Below are positions 25,929 to 38,774 of a stretch of 64,000 nt of DNA, piece by piece (the stretch's first letter is position 1; each line of letters opens with the position of its first letter). The notes below the pieces were generated by a model that saw only the letters and a program-made list of their open reading frames with translations, was not told the origin of the DNA and searched no databases. The stretch is taken from assembly GCF_009834535.1 (NCBI RefSeq), contig NC_045697.1, forward strand, positions 74,216,001-74,280,000. The letters run 5' to 3'. Origin of the DNA: Camelus ferus. Lineage: Eukaryota. Position numbers and translations under genes: made by a program.

Positions 25929-26429
25929 GCTGTGGTATATTTATACAATGGATTACTGCTCAGACATAAAAAATAATTAAATAATGCCATTTGCAGCAAC
26001 ATGGATGGACCTGGAGATTGTCATTCTAAGTGAAGTAAGCCAGAAAGAGAAAGAAAAATACCATATGACACCACTTATATGTAGAATCTTAAAAAAAAAA
26101 AAAAAAAGACAAATGAACTTATTTACAAAACAGAAACAGACAGACATAGGAAACAAATTTATGGTTACCAGAGGGGAAAGGGGGTGAGAAGGGATAAATT
26201 GGGAGTCTGAGAGTTGCAGATACTAACTACTATACACAAAATAGATAAACAATAAGTTTATACTGTATGGCACAAGGAACTATATTCAACATCTTGTAGT
26301 AACTTATGGTGAAAAAGAATATGAAAATAAATATATGTATATTCTTATATGACTGAAATATTGTGCTGTACACCAGAAATTGACACAACATCGTAACCTG
26401 ATTATACTTCAATAAAAATATAAAAAAAA
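25929..26429 (+). mobile_element. 5'-truncated LINE-1 (ORF2 C-terminus, 3' UTR, A tail) with target-site duplication
   Basis: Encodes MPFAATWMDLEIVILSEVSQ, typical of the L1 ORF2 end; 19-bp flanking repeat at 25910-25928 and 26430-26448. Confidence 0.93.
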
Positions 26430-27049
26430 TAAAGACAGCTGTAATAAAACTGAATTGGGAATTCATTTGAGAAGAGACTGTAGTCTCTGTGGGCATGTGT
26501 AAATGCAGTGCAGACATTTCTCCTCTACTTTTGGGATCTTGCTTCTGACCCAAGATGATTTTATTGAGGAACAATAGGCAGGTCCTAATTCTAGGCAGGC
26601 TTTTGTAGACGCTTTTTCAGTCTTTAACATATTTGCCATCAGCTTCTGATATTTCTCAGTTGTGAACTAAAAGCATGAATTGTAGTTAAGGTTGCCTGAA
26701 GGGATGTTAATTAGATTTTCCCTTTAATCTTTTGAGAGGATGTCCTGTCAGCAATGAAGCATTTCACTGTTAATCAGAAAATCAGCTCCACAGGCTGGCT
26801 GCAGAAAAGATAAATCTCAAATCAGTCAATTTTGCACTTCTCAGCAGCTCAAGTGAAATAGTTGGTGGAGTTAGGGTATAAAACTATTACCCAAGAGGAA
26901 AATTCTATTCCATTCATCACACATGTATCGAACTCTTACGTACCTGACACTGCTAGAGATTGCAAATGCAAAGAGGTGCTAAATTCAGACAGCTTAGGTT
27001 GGAATCCTGGTCCTACCTATGAATGTGGGTAAGTTACTTTAACTTCTCA

Positions 27050-27502
27050 TATTAGGGTAAAACCCAAGCTTCTGTCATAAGGAGATTCCAAAGCACAGTA
27101 GCTTAACTCAGATGGTCTTTTATTTCTCTCTCTGATAATAGTCCAGGTGGGCTGTGCTGCACAAGATCTCTCAGGGACGCAGTTCTCCCCAATTTTGTGC
27201 TGTCCCATTCCCTAAACACACTGTCTTTATCTGCCTCGTTGAAACTGGGTCACTGCCATTCCTTCACTCCAAGTCCCTAGGACAATATTACAAGGCCAAG
27301 ATTCAGAAATGAAACATGTCACTTCCACTCACATCCTGTTTGCCCAGATCCAGTTACAAGGGCAGAGACAGCTGCAAGGGAGTCTGGAAAGGGTAGTCTC
27401 TCTTGCGGGGCAGCTGTGTGTCCATCTTAAACCTGCATCTTAAGAGGTGCAGTTTCTATTGGTAGACAGTCAGTGGCAGGAATGTTCACGATCTCTGCCA
27501 CA
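27050..27502 (-). mobile_element. Old MLT1-type LTR inserted into a MIR
   Basis: cacagtagcttaa, tgtcacttccactcacatcctgtt, gctgcaagggagtctggaaa, tctctgccaca; MIR halves on both sides. Confidence 0.6.
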
Positions 27503-28305
27503 CCTCCTGGAAATGGTTTTTTTTTTTTTTTTTTTAAATCTCTAAAATGGGATTAATTGTAGCATCTACCCCATATAGGGTTGTGTAACAATTAAAATTA
27601 GAAAATGGAAGACAGGTTTTAGTACAAATGTCTGGAACATAGTGTTTAATAAATGTTAGCAATTATTATTATTAAGAAAAGATACTTCATCTCCAATCCT
27701 TGCAATCCAGTGGAGAGACTCACTTAAATAATTAACTAGTGTTGTAAGAGCACACAGGAGGGTGCAATTAACTTTCTGGAGTGGAGAGAATAGAAATTAG
27801 AGGGAGGATTCATAGAAGGGGTGACAGTTGAGCAAGTCCTTAAAAAAAAAGCAAAAAACAGGATTTGGCAAGGCAGAAAAGGGACAGCAGCATATTCCAG
27901 CAAAATAAAGCAGCATGGTGAAGCTTGGCAACAGAAAAGTAGAACTCAACAATATTTCTCATAGTGTGATCCTTGAACTGCTTACTTTAGAATCATCTGA
28001 GTCCTAGCCAAGACACACAGAATAAAATAGATATGATGGGTCCTTGCATTTTAAAAAATTCACTTCAGTGTATTGTTATATGCCTCCAACTGGGTCAGGG
28101 CACAGAGAGCCTAAGGCAGAGGGTGCTGAATTTTGTGTGTATTGCAAAGAACTATGTCCTCTGTTTAATGAAAAGCTTTCTAGATAAACAATATTAAGGG
28201 GTTTAAGATACTAAAATAAAATGTCACCATTTTCTATGCATTCAGTTCTGATTAACGAAAGTATGAACTGAGAACAGCTATGGTTATGACCCAGTACCAA
28301 GCGGA

Positions 28306-28357
28306 AGAACACACTTCATATTCCATAAAACAGAACACACTTCATATTCCATAAAAC
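28306..28357. repeat. Perfect 26-bp tandem duplication
   Basis: agaacacacttcatattccataaaac x2. Confidence 0.95.
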
Positions 28358-29140
28358 AGGTGTTCACACAGATTTTGCCAACAGGAAGCTGTTTCTGATC
28401 TTCTTTTGTAGTCATCTTGAATGCCAAGAAATACTTCTCACCATTGATTAGCAACAATGTGTCCTCCTAGAAATTGCCGCAGCATATAAAAAGCATATTT
28501 TTTTGAATGCTAACAGGTATATATGTAAGATAAAAATAACTGAACACATAAGACCATTATCTTAACTTTGCAGAGTTTTTGTTAACAGAAGAACTATTTT
28601 TGTTAAGATTACACATCATCTTTCAAATTTGAGTTGATAAAGAATTATCACATTTCTTTAGCCAAGAACCTAAGAATATTTTCTAAATAAGCACTGTGAA
28701 CAAATCGGAATGAGTCCTATCAGCAAAACAATAAATTCTAATCAATAGAGCAACTTTTCATTTTAATTTAATTTTTCATTTTTTATTTCAATTTTGTTAT
28801 TTTATAGACCCACAAATGTTGTATAATTTAAGAGTACATACATAATATATGCTATTAAAAACTGCAGAGAAAACTTTTACATCCCGCAGCTGCCATGACA
28901 TAGGTGAAGCAATGTGAAAACTGAATAGCAAATTAAGTGGCACCATGTGGCTTCACTACGCTAATTGAACATCAGCTGTACTTGTGTGTTGGGACACAGA
29001 AAAGTACTGTGTTAAGCCACCCAGCATAGCATTTCATCTCAGCAAGGAGTTTTTTTGTGCTGAGCGAACACAGTTTGCAATTTTTAAAAATATCAGATTC
29101 CTTTAAGTTATAAAACTAAATAATTTCATCTATATTTTAG

Positions 29141-29245
29141 GTGAAAGACAATACCTTTAATAGAGAAGAAAAGCTATTTAGATCTTTAGAAAAGACTGTG
29201 AGGCATTGTGTGAAGAACATTTCATTCTGTCTCCAACATGTACAG
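29141..29245 (+). CDS. ARHGEF38: ARHGEF38 coding exon VKDNTFNREEKLFRSLEKTVRHCVKNISFCLQHVQ
   Basis: ttttag|GTG acceptor and CAG|gtaggt donor; 105 nt, phase 0 to 0. Confidence 0.95.
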
Positions 29246-31008
29246 GTAGGTGAGACACAACTGTTTTGGATGTTTCTACAAGAAGGTCTTAAAGTCTCTG
29301 GTTATTATGAAGAACAAATGTGACTGTTCATTCATTTATATGATGACATCTGTTGTATCAAATTTGGGAGGCTGCAAAAAAAACTGCTGGTGAAGGAAGC
29401 TAGTATAAAGACCTGAGTTTTGTTCTTTGTCCATCCTTCCCCCAATCCAAATTGCCATATTGTGGGACACTTGCTCGCATGATTGCCACATGGGGTGGAC
29501 CATGAGCATCTCTTAATAGAGATGAGCTCATTAATGCAAAATGGCAGACAAGGCAGAAACTCTCTTTGTTTATTTGTTTGATTATAATGACATATCTCTT
29601 TCCAGTACCTAAAACGTGTGCTTTTGCAAAATTTGCAAATTTAAGATTAGGACTGAAAGAAAAAAGAAAATCAAAAGGGAGCATAAAATAAAATTAGAAG
29701 AGAAGTTAAAGAGTACAAAGTGCATAACATAAACTCCAAAAACCCCACAAAAACCCACGTGTGCATCTCAAATTTAGCTGTAGACCACTTAGCAGCCAAC
29801 CCAGGTAGGGATGTGTGATCACAGAATTCTAAGACAAACCAAGTGCTTCTGTTTATTTTATAGCCAATGTTTTGCAATGCTCCCATTACAGTTCTAGATG
29901 AAATTCATAGATAATTTAACCTTAGGTAGGTAAGTGTATATAAAAGAAAATCAGTATCAAGGAAAACACATTCTGACAAAGTAATATGAACTACGATATG
30001 CAGATATTCCCACACACCCATGGCAGAAGATAAAAACACCCCCACAGATTTCCAGTCCTCTAGGAGGTTTTCCTGCCCTTGTTGAGAATCACTGACTTAG
30101 ACGAACCAACTGGAATTCAGTATAATTATATTCAGTAGAAAGACCAGTCAGGAGTTTCTTCTACTGGATCTCATGAAAGGAACATAGTATTCTGAACAAC
30201 ATCCTGACAGTCATCATGACTATGAGACACAGAAAGTTAGTAGAATTACATGGAAATTAGTTAATAAATGATCCCTTTCCATTTTCCAGTTTTTCTCTTG
30301 GATATCAGTTTTGAAAAAAGATGTTTGCATGCTTTGATAAAATATCACATCAATGGAGGATTAAGGTGACAGGCACAGTGATTTGGAGACAAGGTTATAT
30401 GTTACATAACCAACAAGCCACGCTCTTTTCTTATCTATTAACTGATGCAAAGCCTGATTTTACAGTCAGTTTTGCTACTCTCTTCCTAAAGTGCTGCCTT
30501 CTGTGAAAGAAAAATCAAAACATAGTTACAACATCCAGAGGGCAGTGGGAACCCTGCCTTGTAGATGTTTCCTTGGGAATATCTACAGAAAAGTCTTCTA
30601 TTTCCACTAATTGATTCAACAGAAGTATGAGCATCTTCTCATAAAGAAAGCAGTAAATTCACTAAGGAAAACCAAAGACATAAATCAAAGAGGACTGATT
30701 TTTAAAATAAGGGATCTGTAAGAACTGAATGCTGAAGAATGACAAGTGCAGGAATTTAAGGTGGACTCCATGTAATAAAAGAGAATGTGAGACCTACAGA
30801 GCGGTAAGAAAAGTAAGGGGAAAAAAAGCGGGAAAAGTAAGGAAATAGGTTGTTACAAGTCATCTGATTGTATGAAGTATTCATGAAATTTTTTCCTTCT
30901 GTTTTTTTTTCTTTTCCCACAGTGGTCATAGAGAGTTATTTTGATGAAGTGCATGTTTGAGATACATTTAATTGTTGCCCTTTTTGTAACTTTGTTCTTG
31001 GGTTTCAG

Positions 31009-31131
31009 GATGCCATGCCTTTAGCTCTGCAGAGTGTAACCGAGCTGCACGAGATTTCACACAGCAAAGATGAGGAGCAGAGGGGCGATTCAGAGGCTCC
31101 AAGTCAGGCCCCAAATCCCTCTGACAACTTT
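31009..31131 (+). CDS. ARHGEF38: ARHGEF38 coding exon DAMPLALQSVTELHEISHSKDEEQRGDSEAPSQAPNPSDNF
   Basis: tttcag|GAT acceptor and TTT|gtaagt donor; 123 nt, phase 0 to 0; DAMPLALQSV matches the recalled orthologue. Confidence 0.92.
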
Positions 31132-33680
31132 GTAAGTTATTTATAGTCACAGATGAATGCAAATGAAATAGTAGGGTTAAAAGAAAAGCTGCTTTTCATT
31201 TACTTTCTTGGAGTGAAAAATAAAACATGCACTAAAGCAAATACTAATGTCGAAATGAGTAGATTTAAACAGGAGATTTTTTTATCATTAAATATTTTGA
31301 AGTGGATTAGCGAGGCTTTTACTATAATCCAAATTTAAGAGGGCTCCAGACTGTGTTTCTAGGATAGTTAATGTCTGTGCAGCTTTTAAAATCAATATTT
31401 AGTTTAAGTCTGCATATGGTATATAGGGGATTTATTAAGTTAGAAAGCTGTGATTTTCTTAAAGGAGTCTGTGGAAATGCCCAGAGTTTTTACAGGAGGA
31501 GCAAAGATATTCTCTGAGGATGTGAATTTTATTAACACACTGTACACTGGAAGGGAAAGCCTTCCTATTGAGAAAGGGCTTTTATTTAAGGGTCATATAT
31601 TATATGTATTTTCTGTTCTGTGGTTAAATATTTGTTTTCTAAGAGTTCTGTGAAATATACAGAATCATAAAACATAGATTGGGGATCATAAAAATATACT
31701 TGAGCCAAGAAAGTATCTGGGTGGTAAACTAGTCAGTAATACTAATTACAATTTAGTATCTTGTATTCCATCGGTGTTAGTATTTCATAGTAGTATTTCA
31801 CGTATTATATAGAAGATAATAGACTCCTTCATCATCTTGAAGGTCCCCCAAAGTGGCATTTTTTGTACTGGTACCAGTAATGTCCCCTATCTCATATTTC
31901 TGAATCCTGGGAACTGATACAGCCCCCACTCCAGCAGAAAATGACCCAGCAGCATCTTACTTTCATGGCACTGGAGAATGGAAAGTCATGATTACATCCG
32001 AACTAACATGATAGATTACATGGTGGGAGGTGGGGTGTGGAGAAAGAGAGAGAGGAGAGTTTTTATGATGTATGTTAAATGGGAAAAGTGTGGCTAGTTC
32101 TTTACACACTTTCTGGGCATCATTACAGAGAACGTATTTTAGAAAAATCCTTAAGGGTGTGCTCTCTGGCTTAATTCTGACGTAACCAAGCTGATAAATA
32201 TTTATTGAACACCATGTAAGAGCATGGTATATAGCTTCTCCATCATCAAGTGTGTTCCAGAACTGGAAGGAATGAAGAGAGAAGGTATTCTTCCCTACCT
32301 TGCATAAAATCACAAGGTGACAAATTAGGCTAAGTTAAAATAATCATCAGAAATCTCAATATAAAAGTATCTTTTAATGGATAAAGTTATATTGAACTCT
32401 TTTTAAAAATCAAATATTAAGAACTCAAAATCTATCTAAAGGCAGAACAATTGTTTTTATTTTTCCACGAGAGAGAACTATTTACACATTTTGTATAGCA
32501 CAAAATATTAGAATAAATTCTGATTCTTGTTTGTTCCAACCATAATTCCCATGTACGAGTGAACTGGTTCATGTCTATGGGTCAGAGGACATATACACTG
32601 TAATATTGTAACTAGATTATCTGTAGAATTCAGTCATGTCACAGAGACAGTAATTTATCCCAGAACAGTAAACAGATTCTTTGCTTCATCGAAGGACTCA
32701 TTCAAGAGTCTACAGGTCTATATTGATTATTTTATAAGCTAGACATCAGATTTAATCTGTGTTGGCTATTGCTGAAGCCAGTAAGAGATTAGTTTCCCTC
32801 CTCTTCTAGATTTCCCATGAGTTCAGTTACCGGAGGTCATTTAAGTTAATTAATACAAGCTGCTGCTCAGATGCTGATTCTCTAGGAAATCTCCCAGAGT
32901 ATAAAAGAGAAACCTGCTTCCAAATTTCCGTAGCATAATCATGAAACCCAAGCATATGTGATAAAGGGTAAAGTTGGGCAGTCAGCAAACACAAGCTACT
33001 TGTGCCCTTTGGAATACAGGGGAGGAGGAAAGAGAAATAGAAGAAATTAAATCCAGGGTACTCACATGCTGGTATGGAGCTGGGCATTAATATGATGTTC
33101 ATTTTCAATGAGTCAGACCTAAAAATACAACAATTTAGGACACAAAATTGGCATCAGCTCAATCCTTCAAGGTACTTAAAGAGGAAGCAGTAACTCTCTG
33201 GTCATTTCTATACCAGGAACAAAATACCTATAATAAGGGGGTACTTCTGTATAGGGGGTACAATTCCACTACCTGTATTAGCCACCAGGGTAGCCAGAGA
33301 ATTGGGGCAGATGTGGGAGAAATAGGATATGGTCTCTCCTAAGACCAACTATCTTCCCTTTATTGCTAGCAAAGGAAGGGAAAGATACGTGAATAATTTG
33401 TGCAGTCTTGGAAGTCAGAAGTGGAGACTGCCCCCACCCCATGTGCTGGAGTAGCTTCCCCATCTCTGGGATTAAGAAGAAGGGGAAGGGCAAAGTGTTG
33501 AGGGAATGGCCCCAGTGACAAAACCAATGGCTGTAGAGAGAAGGGTGGGTGGAGCGTATTTTAGGTGTGCAGTTTCAACTTCTGTGTTCTTCCTATTCAC
33601 TCTTCAGGGTCAACATTAGAGTCTAGAGTTGCTGTTTTAAGTCCTTGAACAGGTTTAGCTGAACAAAAAGATGATCCCTT

Positions 33681-33790
33681 GGAGAGGGAAATAGCTCAGT
33701 GTTAGAGCACATGCTTTGTATGCACGAGGTCCTGGGTTCAATCTCCAGTACTTCCATTAAATAAATAAAATAAAACAAATAATTTTTTTA
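33681..33790 (+). mobile_element. tRNA-Ala-derived SINE (Vic-1-like)
   Basis: ATAGCTCAGTGTTAGAGC...GGTTCAATCTCCAGTAC followed by an A-rich tail; 3' end approximate. Confidence 0.88.
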
Positions 33791-33953
33791 AACTCTAAAA
33801 AAATAATCCCATGCTCCTCTTATAACTTGGCTAGATGCTTTCCTGTCTTCCTCTGTGCTCCTGCAGGGAGGGAGTCAGCCTCTCGATAACAGCTCTGGAC
33901 GTGGTATTAGGCATTCCTCTTTCCGTGATGGGATTGTTTTTCTCCTTTGGCAG

Positions 33954-34265
33954 GCAGCTCACTTACAGAAGCTTGTCCTGATGCCCCTGTCAGCCCTGCT
34001 GTCCCTGTTTCCAGGGCCTCAGAAGCTAATCCAGAAACGCTATGACAAACTACTGGACTACAACAGCTACCTGCAGAGGGCGGCAGGAGATGAGTCAGAC
34101 TTGGCCAAAAGGGAATATGAAGCCCTCAATGCCCAGCTGGTGGAAGAGCTCCAGGTGTTCAACCGGGCCGCGCTGAAGATTCTGTGGAACTGCCTGTGCA
34201 GTTTCATCACCCTCCTCAGGGACCTGATGCTTGTGGCGCAGCAGGTTTACTGCACGGTGGTGCAG
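33954..34265 (+). CDS. ARHGEF38: ARHGEF38 coding exon, BAR domain: AAHLQKLVLMPLSALL...KLIQKRYDKLLDY...VYCTVVQ
   Basis: ggcag|GCA acceptor and CAG|gtaagt donor; 312 nt, phase 0 to 0; KRYDKLLDY motif of the DNMBP/Tuba-family BAR domain. Confidence 0.96.
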
Positions 34266-34366
34266 GTAAGTGCAGCACCAGCACCTGGCTACCTTGGCCT
34301 TCAGGATCTGTTAGAAACCACACAGTGCAAAACAGCCTGCACACAGAGTGCCTGAGCATAGTCATA

Positions 34367-34431
<65 letters not shown>
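34367..34431. repeat. (TG)n microsatellite about 100 nt downstream of the BAR-exon donor
   Basis: Direct reading. Confidence 0.95.
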
Positions 34432-34432
<1 letters not shown>

Positions 34433-34848
34433 TGTGGTTCTTATTTTAACTGAAGCCACATAGTGCATTGGTGGCTTATCCTGCTTTTCCACAGGAACTA
34501 GAAGAAAGTATCCTAGTGCCAGTTTGCTGTGACTTACACACTTGTAGGCCTTTTTGGAAATTCTTTTGCAAACATCAAAAATCTTTCAGCTTTGCCCCAC
34601 TCGTTGGTGGAACCAACGTAGCTGCATCTATCTGATACTATGTTGAAGCTTATCAATTTATATTTTGTATTCTCTTCCCAACAGTTTTTGAGTTAACCAT
34701 GACTAAGATGTCCATCAAAAAATAAGGCCATCTCAGTGTAATAACAGAAGTAGAATATCCAACAAACCAGTCTTTGTTTTGCTTTTGTTTTCTGCTAAGG
34801 AAGAGAAGTCTGATGTGTGTGTGTGTGTAAGTAAAAAAAGAAAAACAA

Positions 34849-34851
<3 letters not shown>

Positions 34852-34919
<68 letters not shown>

Positions 34920-34932
34920 GTATATATATATA
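34852..34932. repeat. Compound (TA)n(CA)n microsatellite
   Basis: Direct reading. Confidence 0.95.
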
Positions 34933-35139
34933 ATTTAGCTTTCCATTAGGATATGATTTTATAATTATTTTCTGAAGAGGAAGAAAGATAGTTACAACCG
35001 AATAATCAACTTTAAAAAATACAGCTTGGTTTCTTGGCTCTTCATTTCAAGTGTGTTAGTGTATGTTATTGTCCAGCTGGTTAGATATTTAATGGGCAAC
35101 ATTTGGAGGAAAATTAATTGTCCCTACTTTGTCATTGTA

Positions 35140-37013
35140 TATTTAATTAACTTTTAACTTATCCTTTGAATTAAATTAAGTTGAATAAACAGGTGCTACA
35201 TTTACTTGGTTCAAAAGGCAAAACTACATACAAATGCATAAGCAGTCTCATACCTTCTGTCTCCAAACCATCTCCTGCTCCCACCCTCATTGATACTAAT
35301 TTATTTTTATTTTTAGGGTTTCTTTGTGCCATTAAAAGTAAGTGAAATGTATATTTTTATTTCTTACACAAAACTAGTACACTATAGCACCATTCTGCAA
35401 CTTGCTTTTTTAACATCCATGTCAGTAAACAGAGCGCGTCCTCATTTCTTTTAAAGCTTTACACTAGTTTGCTGCATCCTTGTACAACAGTCTATAACCA
35501 GCCCGCTATTTTTTTTGTGTAACAACTTGATTGAGATATAATTCACATACCATATAGTTTGCCCATTTAAAATATACAATTGAATGGTTTTTGTATGTTC
35601 ACGAAAGTTGTGCAACCATCATCACAACCAATATTAGAACATTGTCAACACCCCCAAAAGAAACTCTATACCATTAGCAATGACTCCACATTTTCCCCTA
35701 ACCACCCCAGCCCCAGGAATCACCAATCTAGTTCTGTCTCTGCAGATATTCCTATTCTGGACATTTGGTATAAATCGAATTATACAATATGTGGTTCTTT
35801 GTGACTGGTTTCTTTCTTAGCATAATGTTTTCAAGTTCCACCCATGTATTGTGTTTCAGTACTCAATTCTTTTTATTGCCAAATAATATTCCATTGTATA
35901 GATATGACACATTTTATTTATCCATTCATCAGTTGATGGACATTTCAGTTATTTGCACTTTTTGGTAATTATGACTAATGCTGCTATGAACATTCACGTT
36001 ACTAGTGGATTTATGTTTTCATTTCTGTTGGGTAGATACCTAGGAGTGGAACTGCTGTATCACATGCTAACTCTGTTTAACCTTTTGAAGACCTGCCAGT
36101 CTGTTTTCCAAAATGGCTGCACTGTTCTACATTCTCAACAGTAATGATTGAGGGTTCTGATTTCCTTACATCTGTCTTTTTTTATAGCCATCCTAGTGGG
36201 TATGAAGTGATATCTCATTGTGGTTTGATTTGCATTTCTCTGACTAATCCCCTATTTTTATAACTTTTAAAATAGAGGTCTAACTTAAGAGATTATATAC
36301 AGTAAAATGTATCAGTCTGAAGTGTATATCTTAGTGAATATTTGCATGTATACACATCGGAGTAACCCACCACCCAGATCTAGATATAAACCACTCATGA
36401 TTACCCCCAGGTTATAGTTCCCCAAAGGGAACCACTCTTCTGACTGACATTACCATAGACGGTTTTGCCTGGTTTGTTTTTCATATAAATGGAATCATAC
36501 AATATGCATTCTTTTGTATATTAACCTGTCCTTATTGATGGATATTTGGGCTATTTCCAATCTTCTATTACAATAATGCCAGAGTCATTTTAGATGTGGG
36601 CAGATGTATACTTAAAACAGATTTCTCGAAGTGGGATCTCTAGGTCAAAGGGTAAATACGTATGTAATTTTGTTTATAATGCCTGATTTTCTCCTTTAGG
36701 GTTGTACTGTTTTAGATTCCCACTTCCAACATGAGAGTTTTGGTTTCCCTAGATTTTTGCTAATCCAGGTTCAAGTGTAATTTTAATTCGTATTTCTTTA
36801 ATTATTAGTTAGGTTGAGAATCTTCCTGTGTTTGAGAGCTATTTCTATTTCTCTTCCTGTGAACCAGCTGTTCATGTCTTTTGCCCCTTCTTCTAGTTAG
36901 TGGCTATTTTTTTCTGTTTCTAGAAGCAACACTTATACTAGGCAGGCGAGCCTTTTGTCTGAACTGTAAATTGAGAATATTCTTCCCAGTTTACTACTTG
37001 TCTTTGGACTTTG

Positions 37014-37052
<39 letters not shown>

Positions 37053-37320
37053 TCATGCAGAAGTTCATTTTTTAAAAATATAGTCAAATTTATTAATCTT
37101 TCATTTTATGATTTCTAGATTTTAAGTCATATTTAGAAAGGACTTCCATACTATGAGGCTCCAAATGAATTCACCTATGTTTCCTCTAGTATATTTGTTG
37201 TTTCATATTTTTTATTTAAACCTTTGATCCATATAGATTTTATCCTGGTTCATCATGTGAAATATGGATGCAACTTTATCTTTTTCCAGTTGGCTATCAG
37301 TTGCCCCACCACTTTACTAA
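35140..37320 (-). mobile_element. Cluster of old LINE-1 (L1M-type) 3' fragments, apparently nested
   Basis: Typical L1M text such as ttgagatataattcacatac, tccattcatcagttgatggacattt and gatatctcattgtggtttgatttgcatttc; outer boundaries approximate. Confidence 0.75.
37017..37049. repeat. (TG)n microsatellite
   Basis: Direct reading. Confidence 0.95.
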
Positions 37321-37714
37321 GAAGTTACTTGTTCTTAATATTTTCTCAATGAAACTCACTTAATTCAGTTTCTTTGGATAATTTCATTCTGATGTTGAGG
37401 GAGAGAGACTTTGTATATCATATATGGTCATGGTCCTCTTGGGCTGGTCAGACTCTCCAGAGATGTCTCTTCAAGTTTTCTGCCTGGAGGACCTAGTTGG
37501 CAAGGTCTCTGGGTCCAGTCTATATTCACACACTTAATTACCTCTTTCTAACAGGGGTCCCCCACCATTATTTGTGCTTAGTGTCCCCAGTCTAGAGACT
37601 GTTTTACCATTCACAGAGAAAAAAACTTAATCTTCTGCTAAGGTAGGGAAAAAGCAATTGCCAAGATTCACTGAAATAGAAAAAAGAATCTGGGGATCCA
37701 ACTGCTTCAAAACA

Positions 37715-38256
37715 GTTCTGGTTGTCTATATCTGCATAACAAATTACACCAACCCTGGTGATATGAAGCAACCAGTTGTTACTTGTTACCATTGTCTCTC
37801 ATAGTTCTCGCGAGGTTCACTGGGATCAGGTAATCACTATCAGTGTCTCAGTCAGATATCAGTTGGGGTTGAAATAGAGTCACAAAGATTCTCTCATGCC
37901 ACTGTCTAAGGTTGGTGGTGGGACAATGACAGAAGACTCAAACAGCTGGGTCTGCACCAGCTCTGACTTTTCAACATGGTCTTTTCATAAAGTGGCCACA
38001 GGGCAACTGGACTTCTTCCATAGTGACTGAAGTCCAGAGTGAGTGTCCCAAGAGATACCAGCAGAAACTGCAGGTCTTTAATTTTTTTAGCTTAATCTTG
38101 AAAGTCAGACAACATCACTTGTTATTCTATTTCAACATTCTATTCATTGAGGCAACCATAAAATCCCACCCAATTTTGAAGGAAGGGGACATTAGACTCC
38201 ACCTCTTGATGGGAAGCATATCAAAGAATTTGCTGATTTGTTTTAAAACTACCACA
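37715..38256 (-). mobile_element. MaLR (MLT1-type) solo LTR, degenerate
   Basis: tgcataacaaattacacc ... tagactccacctcttgatggga ... ttttaaaactaccaca. Confidence 0.65.
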
Positions 38257-38630
38257 GGATCTTAATTAATGTTTCTTGTTTTAGCCTTTTTCTCTTTCCT
38301 ACTATCCTATCCCACCACATTGGAGGTGCCTACTGCCATTAATTACAGAGCCTTTCTTCCAAAAATTTTATTGCTATTGTAATTTTTTATCTCTTCTGTT
38401 TCCTTCTATTTAGGCTCGAAACTTAAAAAAGAAATTATTCTTGTCATTTTAGTGGGGTTTCTGGAGACAGCAAACTGGATTGTTTTTATCTAGAAGTTTT
38501 AACATTGCCCTAATTTTTCGCTGTGGAATATAGTATAATTTCTCACTGTTCATCACAAATCTATTAAATTCAGTACCTAATATGGTTAAGTAGTTGTCTG
38601 GGAACAATGTCATATCATTTCTACCTACAG

Positions 38631-38774
38631 GTACCTTTGTTAGCCTCAAGTATCTCTGAAATTCAGAATCGAGTACTAGAAGAGATTCAAAATCTGAATT
38701 TTATGAAGGATAACAGTGCTACTTTTATTGAGAGGAAACTTAGTTTTGAAAAGAAGAAGCCTGTGCAAACTCTG
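38631..38774 (+). CDS. ARHGEF38: ARHGEF38 coding exon VPLLASSISEIQNRVLEEIQNL...EKKKPVQTL
   Basis: ctacag|GTA acceptor and CTG|gtgagt donor; 144 nt, phase 0 to 0. Confidence 0.95.

Noticed and set aside
25984..26187. 67-aa ORF as an independent gene
   Set aside because: It is the C-terminal remnant of L1 ORF2 in a 5'-truncated copy.
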